Below the pieces are notes generated by a model. That model saw only the letters and a list, made by a program, of their open reading frames with translations, was not told where the DNA came from and made no database searches. DNA of 64,000 nt, from positions 2,144,001-2,208,000 of the forward strand of contig OY970399.1 in NCBI GenBank assembly GCA_963720545.1, read 5' to 3'. Below, one piece after another: positions 43,195 to 54,122 of the stretch; the first letter of the stretch is position 1, and the number at the start of each line of letters is the position of its first letter. The position numbers and the translations under genes are program-made. The stretch comes from an uncultured Acidobacteriota bacterium (GTDB taxonomy: Bacteria; Acidobacteriota; Vicinamibacteria; Fen-336).

Positions 43195-45862
43195 GGCCGA
43201 TGGTCACGTGGAAGGCGTAGGGTTTTTCCTGCGGGCGGCGGTCGAGCTTGTAGCCCCAGTCGAGGCGCAGCGGCCCGATGGCGCTCTTGTAGCGGATGCC
43301 GGTGCCGACCGAGACCAGCACGTCGCCGAGGTCGATCGCGGCGATGAACGGATAGACGTTGCCGAAGTCGGTGAAGGCCGCGACCGAAAAGCGCCGGGCG
43401 AGGTCGAAGCGCAGTTCGACGCTGCCGAGGAGCAGCGCGTTGCCGCCCTCGGGCAGCAGGCGCGAGCCATCGGTCGAGAGCACCAGCGGTCCGGCGGTGT
43501 CGAGGCGGTAGCCGCGCAGGCTGTAGTCGCCGCCGGCGAAGAAGCGGTCGGCGAGCGGCAGGCGCAGGCCGGTGGTGCCGAACGCGCGGCCGAGGCCGCC
43601 GCGGCCGGCGACCGCCAGCACCGTGCGGCTGTTGAGGCGGCGGTAGGCCGCGGCCTGCAGGAACGTCTTCGCGAACGTGTCGCCGCCGAGGACGTTCAGG
43701 GACAGCTGGTTGTCCATGCCGATGAAGTGCCCGGACGACGGGTCGAGCGCGTCGTCGCGCGTGTCCTTGACGAATGAGACCGACGGTCCCGAGAGCGTCG
43801 ATTGCTGGAACCGACGGTCGACTTCGTCGAGCGGCACCTGCACGCGGAAGGTGTCGGTCTTCTGGAACGAGTAGCGCACGATCGCGTTCCAGGTCTTGCC
43901 CAGGGCGAAGGCGGTCTGCGCGCTGGTGCCGTAGCGGCGGAAGCTGAAACTGTCGCGCTCCTCCTCCTCGCGAAAAATCGAGAGGAACAGGTCCTGCCGG
44001 CGGTTGCGCAGGAACGGCTCGCGGTAGGTGGCGAGGAAGCGGTTCGTCTGGAAGCTCCAGCGTGCGAACGTGGAGAGCGTGCGGTTCATGCCCGCGAGGT
44101 TTTTGCGCGTCACCTCGACGCTGAAGCGCAGGTTGTCGCGCTCGCCGTAGCCGGCGCCGTACGAGACGCTGGTCGGCGTGCTTTCGCGCACCCGCACCAC
44201 CACGTTGCGGCGGCCCTGGGCGTCGGCGTCGGTCTCGTCGATCTGGATCGCGCGGAACAGACCCAGCGCCGACAGTCGCCGCTGGCTCTCGAGCAGCTGG
44301 TCGAGGCCCAGAGGCTTGCCCTCGACGAGCGTGATCTCGCGGCGCACCACTTCCTCGCGCGTGTGCTCGAGCCCGGCGACGACGATGCGGCCCACCAGTT
44401 CCTGGCGCCCCGGCTGCACCGCGAACACCACGTCGATGCGGTCGCCCTCGCCGGAGGGCACGACACTCGGCGCGACTTCGGCCTGCGCATAGCCGTCGTT
44501 GCGCAGCGCCGCCACCAGGTCGTCGCGCTCGGCGGCCACCGCTTCGATGGTGTACGGGTCGCCGGTGCGCAGGTGGCTGCGGTGGCGCTCGATGAGCGGC
44601 TGCACCTCCGTCGGTGCGTCGATCGAGATCACGCCGAAGAACGCCTGCGGGCCGAGGCTGACGCGGAACAACACCGCCACATCGCCGCCGCCGGGCTTCG
44701 CCTCCACCGCCACCTCCGCCTGCGGGTAGCCGGCGTGCAGGGCGGCTTGCTGGATCAGCAATCGATCCGCCGCAAGCGCCGTCTCGTCGAGCGGCTTGTC
44801 CATCCGGGTTGCGAGCGCGGGCGGCCGCGGAAAGCCTTCGACCGAAACCGCCGAGACGCGCGCCTTTGCCGCGGGTGCGACCGTGAACACCACGGTGGTG
44901 GCGCCGTCGCGCTCCTCGACGCGCCGCGCGATGGCGCCGCCACGGTCACCGCGGCGCCGCGCGTCCGCTTCGAGCCGCTCCGCGGCCTCGTCGAGCGCAT
45001 CCTCGCGGCCCTTGCCCTCGCGCGCGATCCGCAGCACCGCCTTCTGCACCTTGCGCGGCGGTGCGGTGCCATCGAAGGCGAGCGCCATGGGCGGCCCCAG
45101 CTCCACGACGAACACCATCGCTCCGCCCGTCACCTCGGCGACCGACGCCGGCGGCGTGACGGTCGCGCGCCAGTAGCCGGCTTCGGCCAGGCGCTTGCGC
45201 GCGTTCTCGGCGGAGCGCCGCGCTTTCTCGAGGTCGAAGAATTGTCCAGCGCGCGGCCGTGCCTCTTTCACCGCCACCGCCTCGAGGGCGCCGGCCCCCG
45301 GTGCCTGCACCGTGACGATGCGCAGGCGCTCGCCGGCCGCGATCGTGAAGATCGCCTCGGCGCCGGCCTCGACACGGCGGCTGATGGCGTCGACCTGCGG
45401 CGCCACGAAGCCGCGCGCGCGCAGCGCCTCCTCGAGGCGGCGCGCGGCCTGCTCGAGGTCTGCCGGGAAAAGCGCCTCGCGCTCGTGCAGCCCGCCGAGC
45501 CGGCGGATGTCGTCGCGGCGGAGCGGCGAGCGGCCGGTGACCTTGATCGCAGCCAGCAGCGGCGCCACCCGCGGGCGGATCACGAGGCGCACGCCGCCGG
45601 GCACTTCCTCCGAGTCGACCACGACGTCTTCGTATTGGCCGGTCGCGAAGATCAGCTCCACCAGCGCGCGGATTGCCTCGGGTTCGAGCGGCGTCCCCGA
45701 CGGAATGGCGACATAGCGGGCCAGCCGGCGCACTTCCGTGTCGGCGGCGTCCACCACCACGCTGACGATGCGCCGCGGCTCGGCCGCCCGGCACGGGCGC
45801 GGCCAGTACGCGGCGCACAGGAGGAAGAGCCCGACCAGGGCGCCGCGCCGCCGGCCGGTCAC
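43184..45862 (-). CDS. Omp85 family outer-membrane protein (TamA/BamA-like) with multiple POTRA domains
   Basis: 892 aa; repeated GY..A.V POTRA motifs; RFFAGGDYSLRGY; GPLRLDWG; ends IGHAF. Confidence 0.9.
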   Translation of the reverse strand: MTGRRRGALVGLFLLCAAYWPRPCRAAEPRRIVSVVVDAADTEVRRLARYVAIPSGTPLEPEAIRALVELIFATGQYEDVVVDSEEVPGGVRLVIRPRVAPLLAAIKVTGRSPLRRDDIRRLGGLHEREALFPADLEQAARRLEEALRARGFVAPQVDAISRRVEAGAEAIFTIAAGERLRIVTVQAPGAGALEAVAVKEARPRAGQFFDLEKARRSAENARKRLAEAGYWRATVTPPASVAEVTGGAMVFVVELGPPMALAFDGTAPPRKVQKAVLRIAREGKGREDALDEAAERLEADARRRGDRGGAIARRVEERDGATTVVFTVAPAAKARVSAVSVEGFPRPPALATRMDKPLDETALAADRLLIQQAALHAGYPQAEVAVEAKPGGGDVAVLFRVSLGPQAFFGVISIDAPTEVQPLIERHRSHLRTGDPYTIEAVAAERDDLVAALRNDGYAQAEVAPSVVPSGEGDRIDVVFAVQPGRQELVGRIVVAGLEHTREEVVRREITLVEGKPLGLDQLLESQRRLSALGLFRAIQIDETDADAQGRRNVVVRVRESTPTSVSYGAGYGERDNLRFSVEVTRKNLAGMNRTLSTFARWSFQTNRFLATYREPFLRNRRQDLFLSIFREEEERDSFSFRRYGTSAQTAFALGKTWNAIVRYSFQKTDTFRVQVPLDEVDRRFQQSTLSGPSVSFVKDTRDDALDPSSGHFIGMDNQLSLNVLGGDTFAKTFLQAAAYRRLNSRTVLAVAGRGGLGRAFGTTGLRLPLADRFFAGGDYSLRGYRLDTAGPLVLSTDGSRLLPEGGNALLLGSVELRFDLARRFSVAAFTDFGNVYPFIAAIDLGDVLVSVGTGIRYKSAIGPLRLDWGYKLDRRPQEKPYAFHVTIGHAF

Positions 45863-48800
45863 CGGCTCTTCTTCAGCCTCAGGTCGACGCCGGCGCCCTG
45901 TGGGTCCGCGCGCGTGAACAGGATGGAAAGCCGGCGCGACACCGTGTACTCGAGCGAGTAGAGCTGCTCCTGCGTGCTCTTCAGGTCGACGGAGTAGTAG
46001 AAGTCGACGTCGCGGGCGATGCGCTTGCCAAGCGTGAGGCGCGCGGTCGGGTTGGTGTTGGAGCCGCGCGCCAGCGACGGGTCGATTGAGAAGCGGTTGA
46101 GGCCGATGCGCTGCGCCACCTTCTCGGCGCCTTGCTGCACCTCGCGGGTCAGCGGCGCGGCGCGGCTCACAAAGGCGGCGGCGCCGGCCATGGCGAGGTT
46201 CTGCTGCACGCGTTCGCTGCCGCTCTGGAAGGAGGCGTCGGTGACGGTGCTCTCGGGCGCGCCGGCCAGCAGGCTCAGCACGCCGAGGGTGTCGAGCGGC
46301 GGGTCGGAGGTGAGCGTCGGCGTCACCCGGTCGATGGTGCCGTTGAGGCGCAGCGTCACGGTGTAGGAGCGCACGCGCGTCTCGGCTTCGATGTCGAAGA
46401 AGGGATCGACGCGCTGCGGGTTCGCGAAGTCGAGGGTGCCGTGGCGGATGTTGTAGCTCTGCCCCTGGAAGTACACGCGGCCGTCCTCGACTTCGGCGCG
46501 GCCGACGAGCACCGGCCGGTCGTAGGTGCCCTGCAGCGCCAGCTCGGCGCGCGCCGAGAGCTGCGCGAGGTTGTTGTCGATGCGGATCGTCCCGGGGGCG
46601 CGGATCTTGACGTCGTAGCGCAGGCCCTCGTAGAGCGAGGTGCCGGTGATGGCGGCCGCCGTCTGCTGGAAGAGCTGCGAGGCCACGTCGTAGCGGCGGG
46701 TCAGCACCGCTTCCCGGACGTCGACGGTGCCGGTGACCCACTGGCGGTTGGCGTCGCCGAAGAAGCGCACGTCTGCGCCCACCACGCTGCGCAGCCCCTC
46801 CGGATAGTTGAGCGCCAGGTCGCGGCCGGAGGCGCGGATGTCGAAGCTGCTGAGGCGGCCGGCGGCATAGGACGCCTGGCCTTCGAGCCCGAGGGGCCCG
46901 CCGCCCGCGGTCGCGTGGACGTTGTCGAGGACCGCCACGTTCTCGGTGAAGCGCACCGTGCCGCGCACGTCCTCGAGGCCTTGCGGAAAGCCGCGCGCAC
47001 GGATGCCGGCGCCGGCGATGCGCAGCGTGCCGTCGACGCGCGGTCGCTGCGTGGTGCCGGAGATGTCGAGCGTGACTTCGGCGGCACCGCGGCCGCGCAG
47101 CCGCTCGGTGAAGACCGACACCACGCGCAGGTCGGCGCGCCCGCGCGCCGTGAACGACATGTCGCGGGTGTTGGTGACGCCGACGTTGCCGGCCACCTGC
47201 ACGTCGCTGCCCTCGCCGGTGAAGCGCGTCTCCTCGATCTCGAGCCGGCCGGCGCGGTAACGCGCGCGCGCGGTGCCGGTGCTCTTCATCGAGTATTCGG
47301 GCAGCACCGCGTCGAGGCTCGTGGCTTCGACGTCGGCCTGCAGCGCTTCGGGCGTTGCGAACGGACCGCGAATCGCGATGCCGCCGGCCGCCACCAGCCG
47401 CACCGCCGCCGGCAGCGAAGGCGCAACCGCGCGCAGGTACGGATCGAGGTTGGTGTTGCGGATCGCCAGGCGCAGCTCGCCGTCGTTGGGTGCGGCGGCG
47501 GCGAACGAGCCGCTGGCGGTCACGTCGAAGCGCGGCGAACTGCTGGCCGCGGTGACGCGCACTGCGCCGCTGCCGTCGCCGGTGAACGACGCATCCAGGT
47601 CACCGAGCCCCTCGTCGCCGAGGAAGAGCCGCGGCGAACGCAGGCTGGCGCGCAGCTCGGGCCGCTCGAGCGGGCCGCGCAGCGTGCCCTCGCCCGAGAT
47701 GCGCCCGGCGAGGGCCGGCACGCCTTCCCGCGCTGGCAGCAGCTGTTCGACCTCCACGTTCTTCGCGGTCCAATGGCCGTCGTAAGACCCGGCGTCGGTC
47801 ATACTTCCGGCGAATGCCACGTCGCCGCCGCCCACCTTCGCGGTCGCGGCGCGCGCCTCCGTGGTGCTGCCGTGGAAGGCAAGGTCCATGTCGAGATCCT
47901 CGTAGCGCAGGCCGTGGAACGTGCCGCTCTTCGCCGCCACGCGACCGCCGCCACCGGGCGCGCTGCGCCGATCGCTCAGGGTGAAGTCGCCGCTGAGGTC
48001 GCCGGTTGCGGCCAGCTGCCAGTCGAGTGCCTTCACCAAGTCTTCCGCGGGCCACTGGTCGAGGCTCACCTTCAGATCCATCGCATCGGCCTGGCCCGTG
48101 TCGCCCGTCTGCATACGGCCGGCGAGGCGCAGCGACGCCGTGCCGCGGCGCGCCAGCAGCGACCGCGAGCGCAGTTCCGCGCCCTCCAGCTCGCCGTCCC
48201 ACTCGGCGGCGCCCCACGAAACGCCGAGATACGCCACCGCCGGCGCGGTGAAGCGGCCGTCGAAGATCGGGTTGGAAATGGTGCCGCGCATGCGGCCTGC
48301 GAAGGTGCCGCGGCCCGAAAAGCCCACGGGTGCCGCCTGCGCGTTGCCGAGCGCGCGCCGGACGCGCGCGCCGAGATCGTCGGCGGCGGCCAGGTCGGAA
48401 GCAGCCAGGTCGACGTCCAGCGCGGCGCGATCGTCGGCTTCGATGCGGCCGGCGGCGCGCAGCGTCGTTGCCGGCGTGCGCAGGTCGAGCGCCGCGAATG
48501 TCTGCACGCCCTTCTCCGCGCGCCAGTCGACACGCCCGGCGAGCGGCGTACGGCCGTCGCCGCGGGTGCTCGCAGCGAGGTCGAGAAGCGCGCGGCCGCT
48601 GACGAGGCGCGCGCGACCCTTCGGCCACGACACGTCGATCGGACCGGTGGCAGCCGCGGCCAGGCCGGGCTTGCCGGTGCGAAACACATAAGAGAGGAGG
48701 TTCTCCGCGTCGACGCCGGCGAGGGTGCCGGCGATCCGTACGTCGCCGCTGCGGTTCGTCGGCACGTCCACCTCGAGCTCGCCGGTGCCGCCGAGGGCCG

Positions 48801-49749
48801 CGGCCGCAAGCCGCCGCAGGCGCAGGTCGGTGCCGTCCCAGTCGACATCCATAGCGCAGCGCTCGACCGCGACGCCGTCGAAGGCGCCTTCGCGCGCGTC
48901 GAGGCGCCCTTCGAAACGGATGGTCGAACCGTCGATGGTGGTGCGGCCGTTCCAGGTGCCGCGGCCGCGCAGGTTGAGGCCGGTGCGAAACACGTGCTGG
49001 TCGAGCTCGCCGACATCCACCCGGCCGCGCAGCGACAGGAGCCCGCGAATGCCGCCCTCGAGGAACAGTTCGCCGCTCAGGTCGAGCGCCGTGTCGCGCG
49101 CCGCGAGCTTGCCGTCGGTGAGCCCGACCCGGCGGCCGCGCCACTCGATGTTGGCGGACAGCCCGAAAGGCAGCACCGGCGCCGTGCCGAAGCGCAGGGT
49201 CCCGGGCGCGAACGACACCGGACCGCCGACGCCGCCGTCGCGCCGCGACGTGAGGCGCGCCTGCAGGTCGGGCAGGTCGAGGTCGAGCGGGATGCGCTCG
49301 TGGTCGACGACGATCTCGCCGCCCTCGACGATGAAGCGGCGGATGCGGACGTCGCCGCGGCCCGGGCCGCCGTCGCCGGCCGGCGGCAGGTTGGAGGTGC
49401 CGTCCGCGAACGCCGCCACGTGCAGAACCGGCTTCTCGAGCCGCACCCGCGACAGCACGGTGCGCGTCGCGAACAGCGACAACGGGCTCGGCCGCAGGAT
49501 GACCCGCGAGGCCGTGAAGAGCGGTGGCGCGCCGGCCTGCGGCGAAGCGATGCGCACCTCGTTCAGTTCCAGTTCCGGCGGGAAGAAATGCGTCTGCACC
49601 CGGCCGATCGTCACCTCGCGCGACAGCGCCTGCGACAGGCGCCGCGCGGTGTAGCCGGTGAGCGCCGGCGACCACGGGCGCGCCAGGGCGACGACGGCCA
49701 GCGTGCCGGCGGCAATCCAGAACGCGCGACGAAGCGGCCAGCGTTTCAT
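45859..49749 (-). CDS. tamB: TamB/AsmA-like protein with C-terminal DUF490
   Basis: 1296 aa; N-terminal TM anchor; Gly-rich beta-taco repeats; P..DIEAETRV, LTSDPPL, RLTLGKR. Confidence 0.88.
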   Translation of the reverse strand: MKRWPLRRAFWIAAGTLAVVALARPWSPALTGYTARRLSQALSREVTIGRVQTHFFPPELELNEVRIASPQAGAPPLFTASRVILRPSPLSLFATRTVLSRVRLEKPVLHVAAFADGTSNLPPAGDGGPGRGDVRIRRFIVEGGEIVVDHERIPLDLDLPDLQARLTSRRDGGVGGPVSFAPGTLRFGTAPVLPFGLSANIEWRGRRVGLTDGKLAARDTALDLSGELFLEGGIRGLLSLRGRVDVGELDQHVFRTGLNLRGRGTWNGRTTIDGSTIRFEGRLDAREGAFDGVAVERCAMDVDWDGTDLRLRRLAAAALGGTGELEVDVPTNRSGDVRIAGTLAGVDAENLLSYVFRTGKPGLAAAATGPIDVSWPKGRARLVSGRALLDLAASTRGDGRTPLAGRVDWRAEKGVQTFAALDLRTPATTLRAAGRIEADDRAALDVDLAASDLAAADDLGARVRRALGNAQAAPVGFSGRGTFAGRMRGTISNPIFDGRFTAPAVAYLGVSWGAAEWDGELEGAELRSRSLLARRGTASLRLAGRMQTGDTGQADAMDLKVSLDQWPAEDLVKALDWQLAATGDLSGDFTLSDRRSAPGGGGRVAAKSGTFHGLRYEDLDMDLAFHGSTTEARAATAKVGGGDVAFAGSMTDAGSYDGHWTAKNVEVEQLLPAREGVPALAGRISGEGTLRGPLERPELRASLRSPRLFLGDEGLGDLDASFTGDGSGAVRVTAASSSPRFDVTASGSFAAAAPNDGELRLAIRNTNLDPYLRAVAPSLPAAVRLVAAGGIAIRGPFATPEALQADVEATSLDAVLPEYSMKSTGTARARYRAGRLEIEETRFTGEGSDVQVAGNVGVTNTRDMSFTARGRADLRVVSVFTERLRGRGAAEVTLDISGTTQRPRVDGTLRIAGAGIRARGFPQGLEDVRGTVRFTENVAVLDNVHATAGGGPLGLEGQASYAAGRLSSFDIRASGRDLALNYPEGLRSVVGADVRFFGDANRQWVTGTVDVREAVLTRRYDVASQLFQQTAAAITGTSLYEGLRYDVKIRAPGTIRIDNNLAQLSARAELALQGTYDRPVLVGRAEVEDGRVYFQGQSYNIRHGTLDFANPQRVDPFFDIEAETRVRSYTVTLRLNGTIDRVTPTLTSDPPLDTLGVLSLLAGAPESTVTDASFQSGSERVQQNLAMAGAAAFVSRAAPLTREVQQGAEKVAQRIGLNRFSIDPSLARGSNTNPTARLTLGKRIARDVDFYYSVDLKSTQEQLYSLEYTVSRRLSILFTRADPQGAGVDLRLKKSR

Positions 49750-49777
49750 GATCGGGACCGAAGGTGCGGCGCTGCGG

Positions 49778-50284
49778 CTACGAGAGGACGCAAAGTGCGG
49801 CCCCCGCCTCCACCGCCTGGCCCTCGCGGACCGCAAGGCCCGAGACGGTGCCGGCGCGCGGCGAGCGGATTTCATTCTCCATCTTCATCGCCTCGATCAC
49901 GAGCAGCCCCGCGCCCTTCGCGACCACGGCGCCCTCGGCCACCAGCAGCCGCACGATCTTGCCCGGCATCGGCGCCCGCACCGGCGCTTTGGCGGACGGG
50001 ACCTTGCGCGACACCGTGGCTGCGCCCGAAGCAGCCGCACCGGCGTGTACCGGTTCCACGACGACGCTGAAACTGCCGCTCGCGGTGGTCACGCGAAAGC
50101 CGTCCGCCTCGATAACCACGCCGACATCGTGGCCGCGGCCGTCGAGCAGCAAATGCAGGGCAGGGCCCGTGCCCGCGACGCTCCATGAGAGCGTGCGGCC
50201 GTCCACCTTGAGGACGCGCGCCTCGCCGCTGCCGGCGATCTCGATGCGCCAGGTGCGTTTGCCGATGGTGGCGTCGACGATCAT
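49778..50284 (-). CDS. Biotin carboxyl carrier protein
   Basis: APMPG.IV and IEAMKMENEI biotin-lysine motif; ATGA overlap. Confidence 0.93.
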   Translation of the reverse strand: MIVDATIGKRTWRIEIAGSGEARVLKVDGRTLSWSVAGTGPALHLLLDGRGHDVGVVIEADGFRVTTASGSFSVVVEPVHAGAAASGAATVSRKVPSAKAPVRAPMPGKIVRLLVAEGAVVAKGAGLLVIEAMKMENEIRSPRAGTVSGLAVREGQAVEAGAALCVLS

Positions 50285-51810
50285 CGGCGCGGCCGCAGCG
50301 CAGAGCCGATGCCGGCCTGCCACCACGCGCTGCCCGCGGCCGCCGCTGCGCCCGCCTGCGGCGCGTGCGTGCGCGACTGGTGCTCCGCAAACGTCAGTGC
50401 CGCGGCCACCGCCGCGGCGAGCTCGGCGCCATCGTCCCCTTCCGCCGGGGCCGCGGCCGGCTGCGCCAGCAACGCTTCGATGAACGAAGTGTCGAAGCGG
50501 CCGGCGGTAAAGGCCGGATCGCGCAGCACCCTGGCGAAGAACGGCAACGTGGTGCGGATGCCGAGGACGCGGTATTCGGAGACGGCGCGGCGCATGCGCG
50601 CCAGCGCCTCGTCGCGGTCCTTGCCCCAGGCCACGAGCTTGGAGATGAGCGGGTCGTAGTGCACCGGCACGGTGCAGCCCGAGTAGACGCCGGAGTCGTC
50701 GCGGATGCCGGGTCCCCCTGGTGCGCTCAGCGCAAGGATCTTTCCCGGACTCGGCAGGAACGACTGCTCGGGGTCTTCGGCGTAGACGCGGCACTCGATC
50801 GCATGGCCGCGCTGCGCCAGGTCCTGCTGCGCAAACGGCAGCGGCTCGCCCTGCGCGATGCGGATCTGCAGCTTGACCAGGTCGAGGCCGGTGACCATCT
50901 CGGTGACCGGGTGCTCGACCTGCAGGCGGGTGTTCATCTCGAGGAAGTATGGGTTGCCGTCCCGGTCCACCAGGAACTCGAGGGTGCCGGCGTTGCGATA
51001 GCCGGTGCTTTGCCCGAGCGCAACCGCCATTTCGCCCATGCGCCGGCGCAGGTCCGCGGTCATGAAAGCCGCGGGCGACGGGCTCTCTTCCACCACTTTC
51101 TGGTGGCGGCGCTGGATGGAGCACTCGCGCTCGAACAGGTGCACGACGTTGCCGTGGTGATCGGCGAGGAGCTGGATCTCGATGTGGCGCGGCGCGAGGA
51201 TCGCCTTCTCGACGTAGATGCGGCCGTCGCCGAAGGCGTTCATGGCTTCGCTGCGCGCGCGCGCCGCCGCCTGCGCCACGTCGCCGGCCGAGTGCACGAG
51301 CCGCATGCCCTTGCCGCCGCCGCCCGCGGCCGCCTTCAGCATCACCGGATAGCCGATGCGCGCGGCCTCGGCCGCGATCGCGGCGTCGTCGTCGAGTGGA
51401 TGCAGGCTGCCCGGCACCACCGGCACCCCCGCGGCCACCGCGACGCGCCTGGCCGAGGTCTTCTCCCCCATCAGCTCGATCGTTTCGGCCTTCGGGCCGA
51501 TGAAGGTGAGGCCCTGGTCCACGACCGCGGCGGCAAACGCCGCGTTCTCGGCCAGGAAGCCGTAGCCGGGATGCACGGCGTCGGCGCCCGCGCGCCGCGC
51601 CGCGTCGAGCACCGCGTCGGCGCGCAGGTAGCTGTCGCGCGACGGCGCCGGGCCGATCGCATACGCCTCGTCGGCGTGGCGCACGTGCAGCGCGTCGCGG
51701 TCGGCCGCGGAGTAGACGGCGACCGTTGCCACCTGCATTTCGCGGCAGGCGCGCATCACCCGCACCGCGATCTCGCCGCGGTTCGCGACCAGCACCTTGC
51801 GGATCTTCAA
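50281..51810 (-). CDS. accC: Biotin carboxylase subunit
   Basis: [52 protein letters not shown] start inferred from TTGA overlap. Confidence 0.95.
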   Translation of the reverse strand: MKIRKVLVANRGEIAVRVMRACREMQVATVAVYSAADRDALHVRHADEAYAIGPAPSRDSYLRADAVLDAARRAGADAVHPGYGFLAENAAFAAAVVDQGLTFIGPKAETIELMGEKTSARRVAVAAGVPVVPGSLHPLDDDAAIAAEAARIGYPVMLKAAAGGGGKGMRLVHSAGDVAQAAARARSEAMNAFGDGRIYVEKAILAPRHIEIQLLADHHGNVVHLFERECSIQRRHQKVVEESPSPAAFMTADLRRRMGEMAVALGQSTGYRNAGTLEFLVDRDGNPYFLEMNTRLQVEHPVTEMVTGLDLVKLQIRIAQGEPLPFAQQDLAQRGHAIECRVYAEDPEQSFLPSPGKILALSAPGGPGIRDDSGVYSGCTVPVHYDPLISKLVAWGKDRDEALARMRRAVSEYRVLGIRTTLPFFARVLRDPAFTAGRFDTSFIEALLAQPAAAPAEGDDGAELAAAVAAALTFAEHQSRTHAPQAGAAAAAGSAWWQAGIGSALRPRR

Positions 51811-53351
51811 AGCGGGATGTTCCCGTGCTTCCGTGGAGGGTTGCTGTCGCGCTTGTTGCGCGTCATCGCCAGGCCGGAAATGATCCTGGCGCGCGTGTCG
51901 CGCGGCCGGATGACCTCGTCGATGAAGCCGCGGTCGGCCGCTATGTAGGGGTTTGCGAACTTCTCGCGGAATTCCTGCGCCCGGGCGCGGCGCAGCGCCT
52001 CGGGGTCTTCGGCCTTTTGCAGCTCCTTGCGATAGAGCACGTTGACGGCGCCTTCCGGGCCCATCACCGCGATCTCGGCGCTTGGATAGGCGAAGTTGAG
52101 GTCGGTGCGCAGGTGCTTGCTCGCCATCACGCAGTAGGCGCCGCCGTAGGCCTTGCGGGTGACGATCGTGATCTTCGGCACTGTCGCTTCGGCGAACGCG
52201 TAGAGGAGCTTCGCGCCGTGGCGGATGATGCCGCCGAACTCCTGGGCCGTGCCCGGCAGGAACCCGGGCACGTCCTCGAACACCACCAGCGGGATGTTGA
52301 AGGCGTCGCAGAAGCGCACGAAGCGCGCCGCCTTCACCGACGCGTCGATGTCGAGGCAGCCCGCGAGCACCGCCGGCTGGTTGGCGACGATGCCCGCCGT
52401 GGCGCCGTCGAAACGCGCGAAGCCGACGACGACGTTCGCGGCATAGTGCTCGTGCACTTCGAGGAAGCGAGCGTCGTCCACCACCGCCGCGATCAGCGCC
52501 TTGATGTCGTAGGGCTTGTTGGGCTCCAGCGGAATGAGCGTGTCGAGGCCTGGGTCGGCGCGCCCGGCGGGGTCGCTGCACGCAAGCCGCGGTGCCTGCT
52601 CGGCGTTGTTCGCCGGCAGGTACGAGAGCAGCTCGCGCACCAGCGCGAGGCAGGCGCGGTCGTCGTCGACGGCGAAGTGCGCGACCCCGGAGCGGACGTT
52701 GTGGGTCATGGCGCCGCCGAGGTCTTCCTTGGTGACGTCCTCGTGGGTCACGGTCTTGATGACGTCGGGGCCGGTGACGAACATGTACGAGGTGTCGCGC
52801 ACCATCACGTTGAAGTCGGTGATTGCCGGCGAGTACACGGCACCGCCGGCGCACGGGCCGAGGATGGCGGAGATCTGCGGCACGACGCCGGAGGCGAGCG
52901 TGTTGCGCAGGAAGATGTCGGCGTAGCCGCCGAGCGAGGCGACGCCTTCCTGGATGCGCGCGCCGCCCGAGTCGTTGAGGCCGATGATGGGCGCGCCGTT
53001 CTTCATCGCGAGGTCCATGACCTTGCAGATCTTCTTGGCGTTCGTCTCCGAGAGGCTGCCGCCGAACACCGTGAAGTCCTGCGCGAACACGTAGGCGAGA
53101 CGCCCGTCGATGCGGCCGAAGCCGCTCACGACACCGTCGCCCGGAACCTTGCTGCCGGCCATGCCGAAGTCGAGGCAGCGGTGCTCCACCAGCTTGTCGA
53201 GCTCCTCGAAGGAGCCGTCGTCGAGCAGAGCCAGGACGCGCTCGCGCGCGGTGAGCTTGCCTTCGGCATGCTGGCGCTCGCGGCGCTCGGCGCCGCCGCC
53301 TTCCTCGGCGCGGCGGATCTTGTCGTGCAGGACCTCGTCGGCGTGGCTCAT
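51807..53351 (-). CDS. pccB: Acyl-CoA carboxylase carboxyltransferase subunit (propionyl-CoA carboxylase beta-like)
   Basis: [50 protein letters not shown]. Confidence 0.95.
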   Translation of the reverse strand: MSHADEVLHDKIRRAEEGGGAERRERQHAEGKLTARERVLALLDDGSFEELDKLVEHRCLDFGMAGSKVPGDGVVSGFGRIDGRLAYVFAQDFTVFGGSLSETNAKKICKVMDLAMKNGAPIIGLNDSGGARIQEGVASLGGYADIFLRNTLASGVVPQISAILGPCAGGAVYSPAITDFNVMVRDTSYMFVTGPDVIKTVTHEDVTKEDLGGAMTHNVRSGVAHFAVDDDRACLALVRELLSYLPANNAEQAPRLACSDPAGRADPGLDTLIPLEPNKPYDIKALIAAVVDDARFLEVHEHYAANVVVGFARFDGATAGIVANQPAVLAGCLDIDASVKAARFVRFCDAFNIPLVVFEDVPGFLPGTAQEFGGIIRHGAKLLYAFAEATVPKITIVTRKAYGGAYCVMASKHLRTDLNFAYPSAEIAVMGPEGAVNVLYRKELQKAEDPEALRRARAQEFREKFANPYIAADRGFIDEVIRPRDTRARIISGLAMTRNKRDSNPPRKHGNIPL

Positions 53352-53354
53352 CGC

Positions 53355-54122
53355 CTACGACTCGTCGCCCGCAACCGGATTGCTGAGGATACCGACTCCG
53401 CCCACCTCGACCTCCACGATGTCGCCCTTCGCCAGCGGCCCGATGCCGGCGGGAGTGCCGGTCGAGATGATATCGCCGGGCAGCAGCGTCATCACCCGCG
53501 ACACCGCCCAGACGAGGTGCTCGACCGGAAAGATGAGCTGCGCGGTGCTGCTCTTCTGGCGCACCTGGCCGTTCACGCGGCACTCGACCACCAGGTCGCG
53601 ATGGTCGATTCCGCTCACCAGCCACGGGCCCACCGGGCAGAAGGTGTCGAAGCTCTTGGCGCGCGTGAACTGCACGTCCTTGTCCTGCAGGGTGCGCGCC
53701 GTGACGTCGTTGACGCACGTGATGCCAAAGACGTGCGCTGCCGCGTCCTGCGGATCCTTGAGGTTTGCCGCCTTGCTGCCGATGACCACGCCGAGTTCGG
53801 CTTCGTGATCGACGCGCCCCACCCACGGCCGGATACGGATCGCTTCACCAGGACCTATCAGCGACGACGGCGGCTTCAGGAACATGAGCGGCTCTTCGGG
53901 CAGCGGCTTGCCCCGCTCGGCGGCGTGGTCCTTGTAGTTGAGGCCGATCGCCACGATCTTCGTCGGCTGCGCCGGCGCCAGCAGTTTCGCGGCCGAGAGT
54001 TCGGTGGCGGCGCCCGTCGGCTTGCCGCCGTCCCACGGCGCCGCCCCGAGGTGCTGGTAGCGCCCGTCCTCCTCGCGCGCCCATGCGGGCCCAGAGGCTG
54101 TTTCGATACGGACGAACTTCAT
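53355..54122 (-). CDS. Fumarylacetoacetate hydrolase family protein
   Basis: [43 protein letters not shown]. Confidence 0.93.
   Translation of the reverse strand: MKFVRIETASGPAWAREEDGRYQHLGAAPWDGGKPTGAATELSAAKLLAPAQPTKIVAIGLNYKDHAAERGKPLPEEPLMFLKPPSSLIGPGEAIRIRPWVGRVDHEAELGVVIGSKAANLKDPQDAAAHVFGITCVNDVTARTLQDKDVQFTRAKSFDTFCPVGPWLVSGIDHRDLVVECRVNGQVRQKSSTAQLIFPVEHLVWAVSRVMTLLPGDIISTGTPAGIGPLAKGDIVEVEVGGVGILSNPVAGDES

Noticed and set aside
49778..53351. Three-subunit carboxylase plus gamma-CA and malic enzyme as an autotrophic CO2-fixation module
   Set aside because: No malonyl-CoA reductase or other cycle enzymes in the window; the genes are scattered and common in heterotrophs
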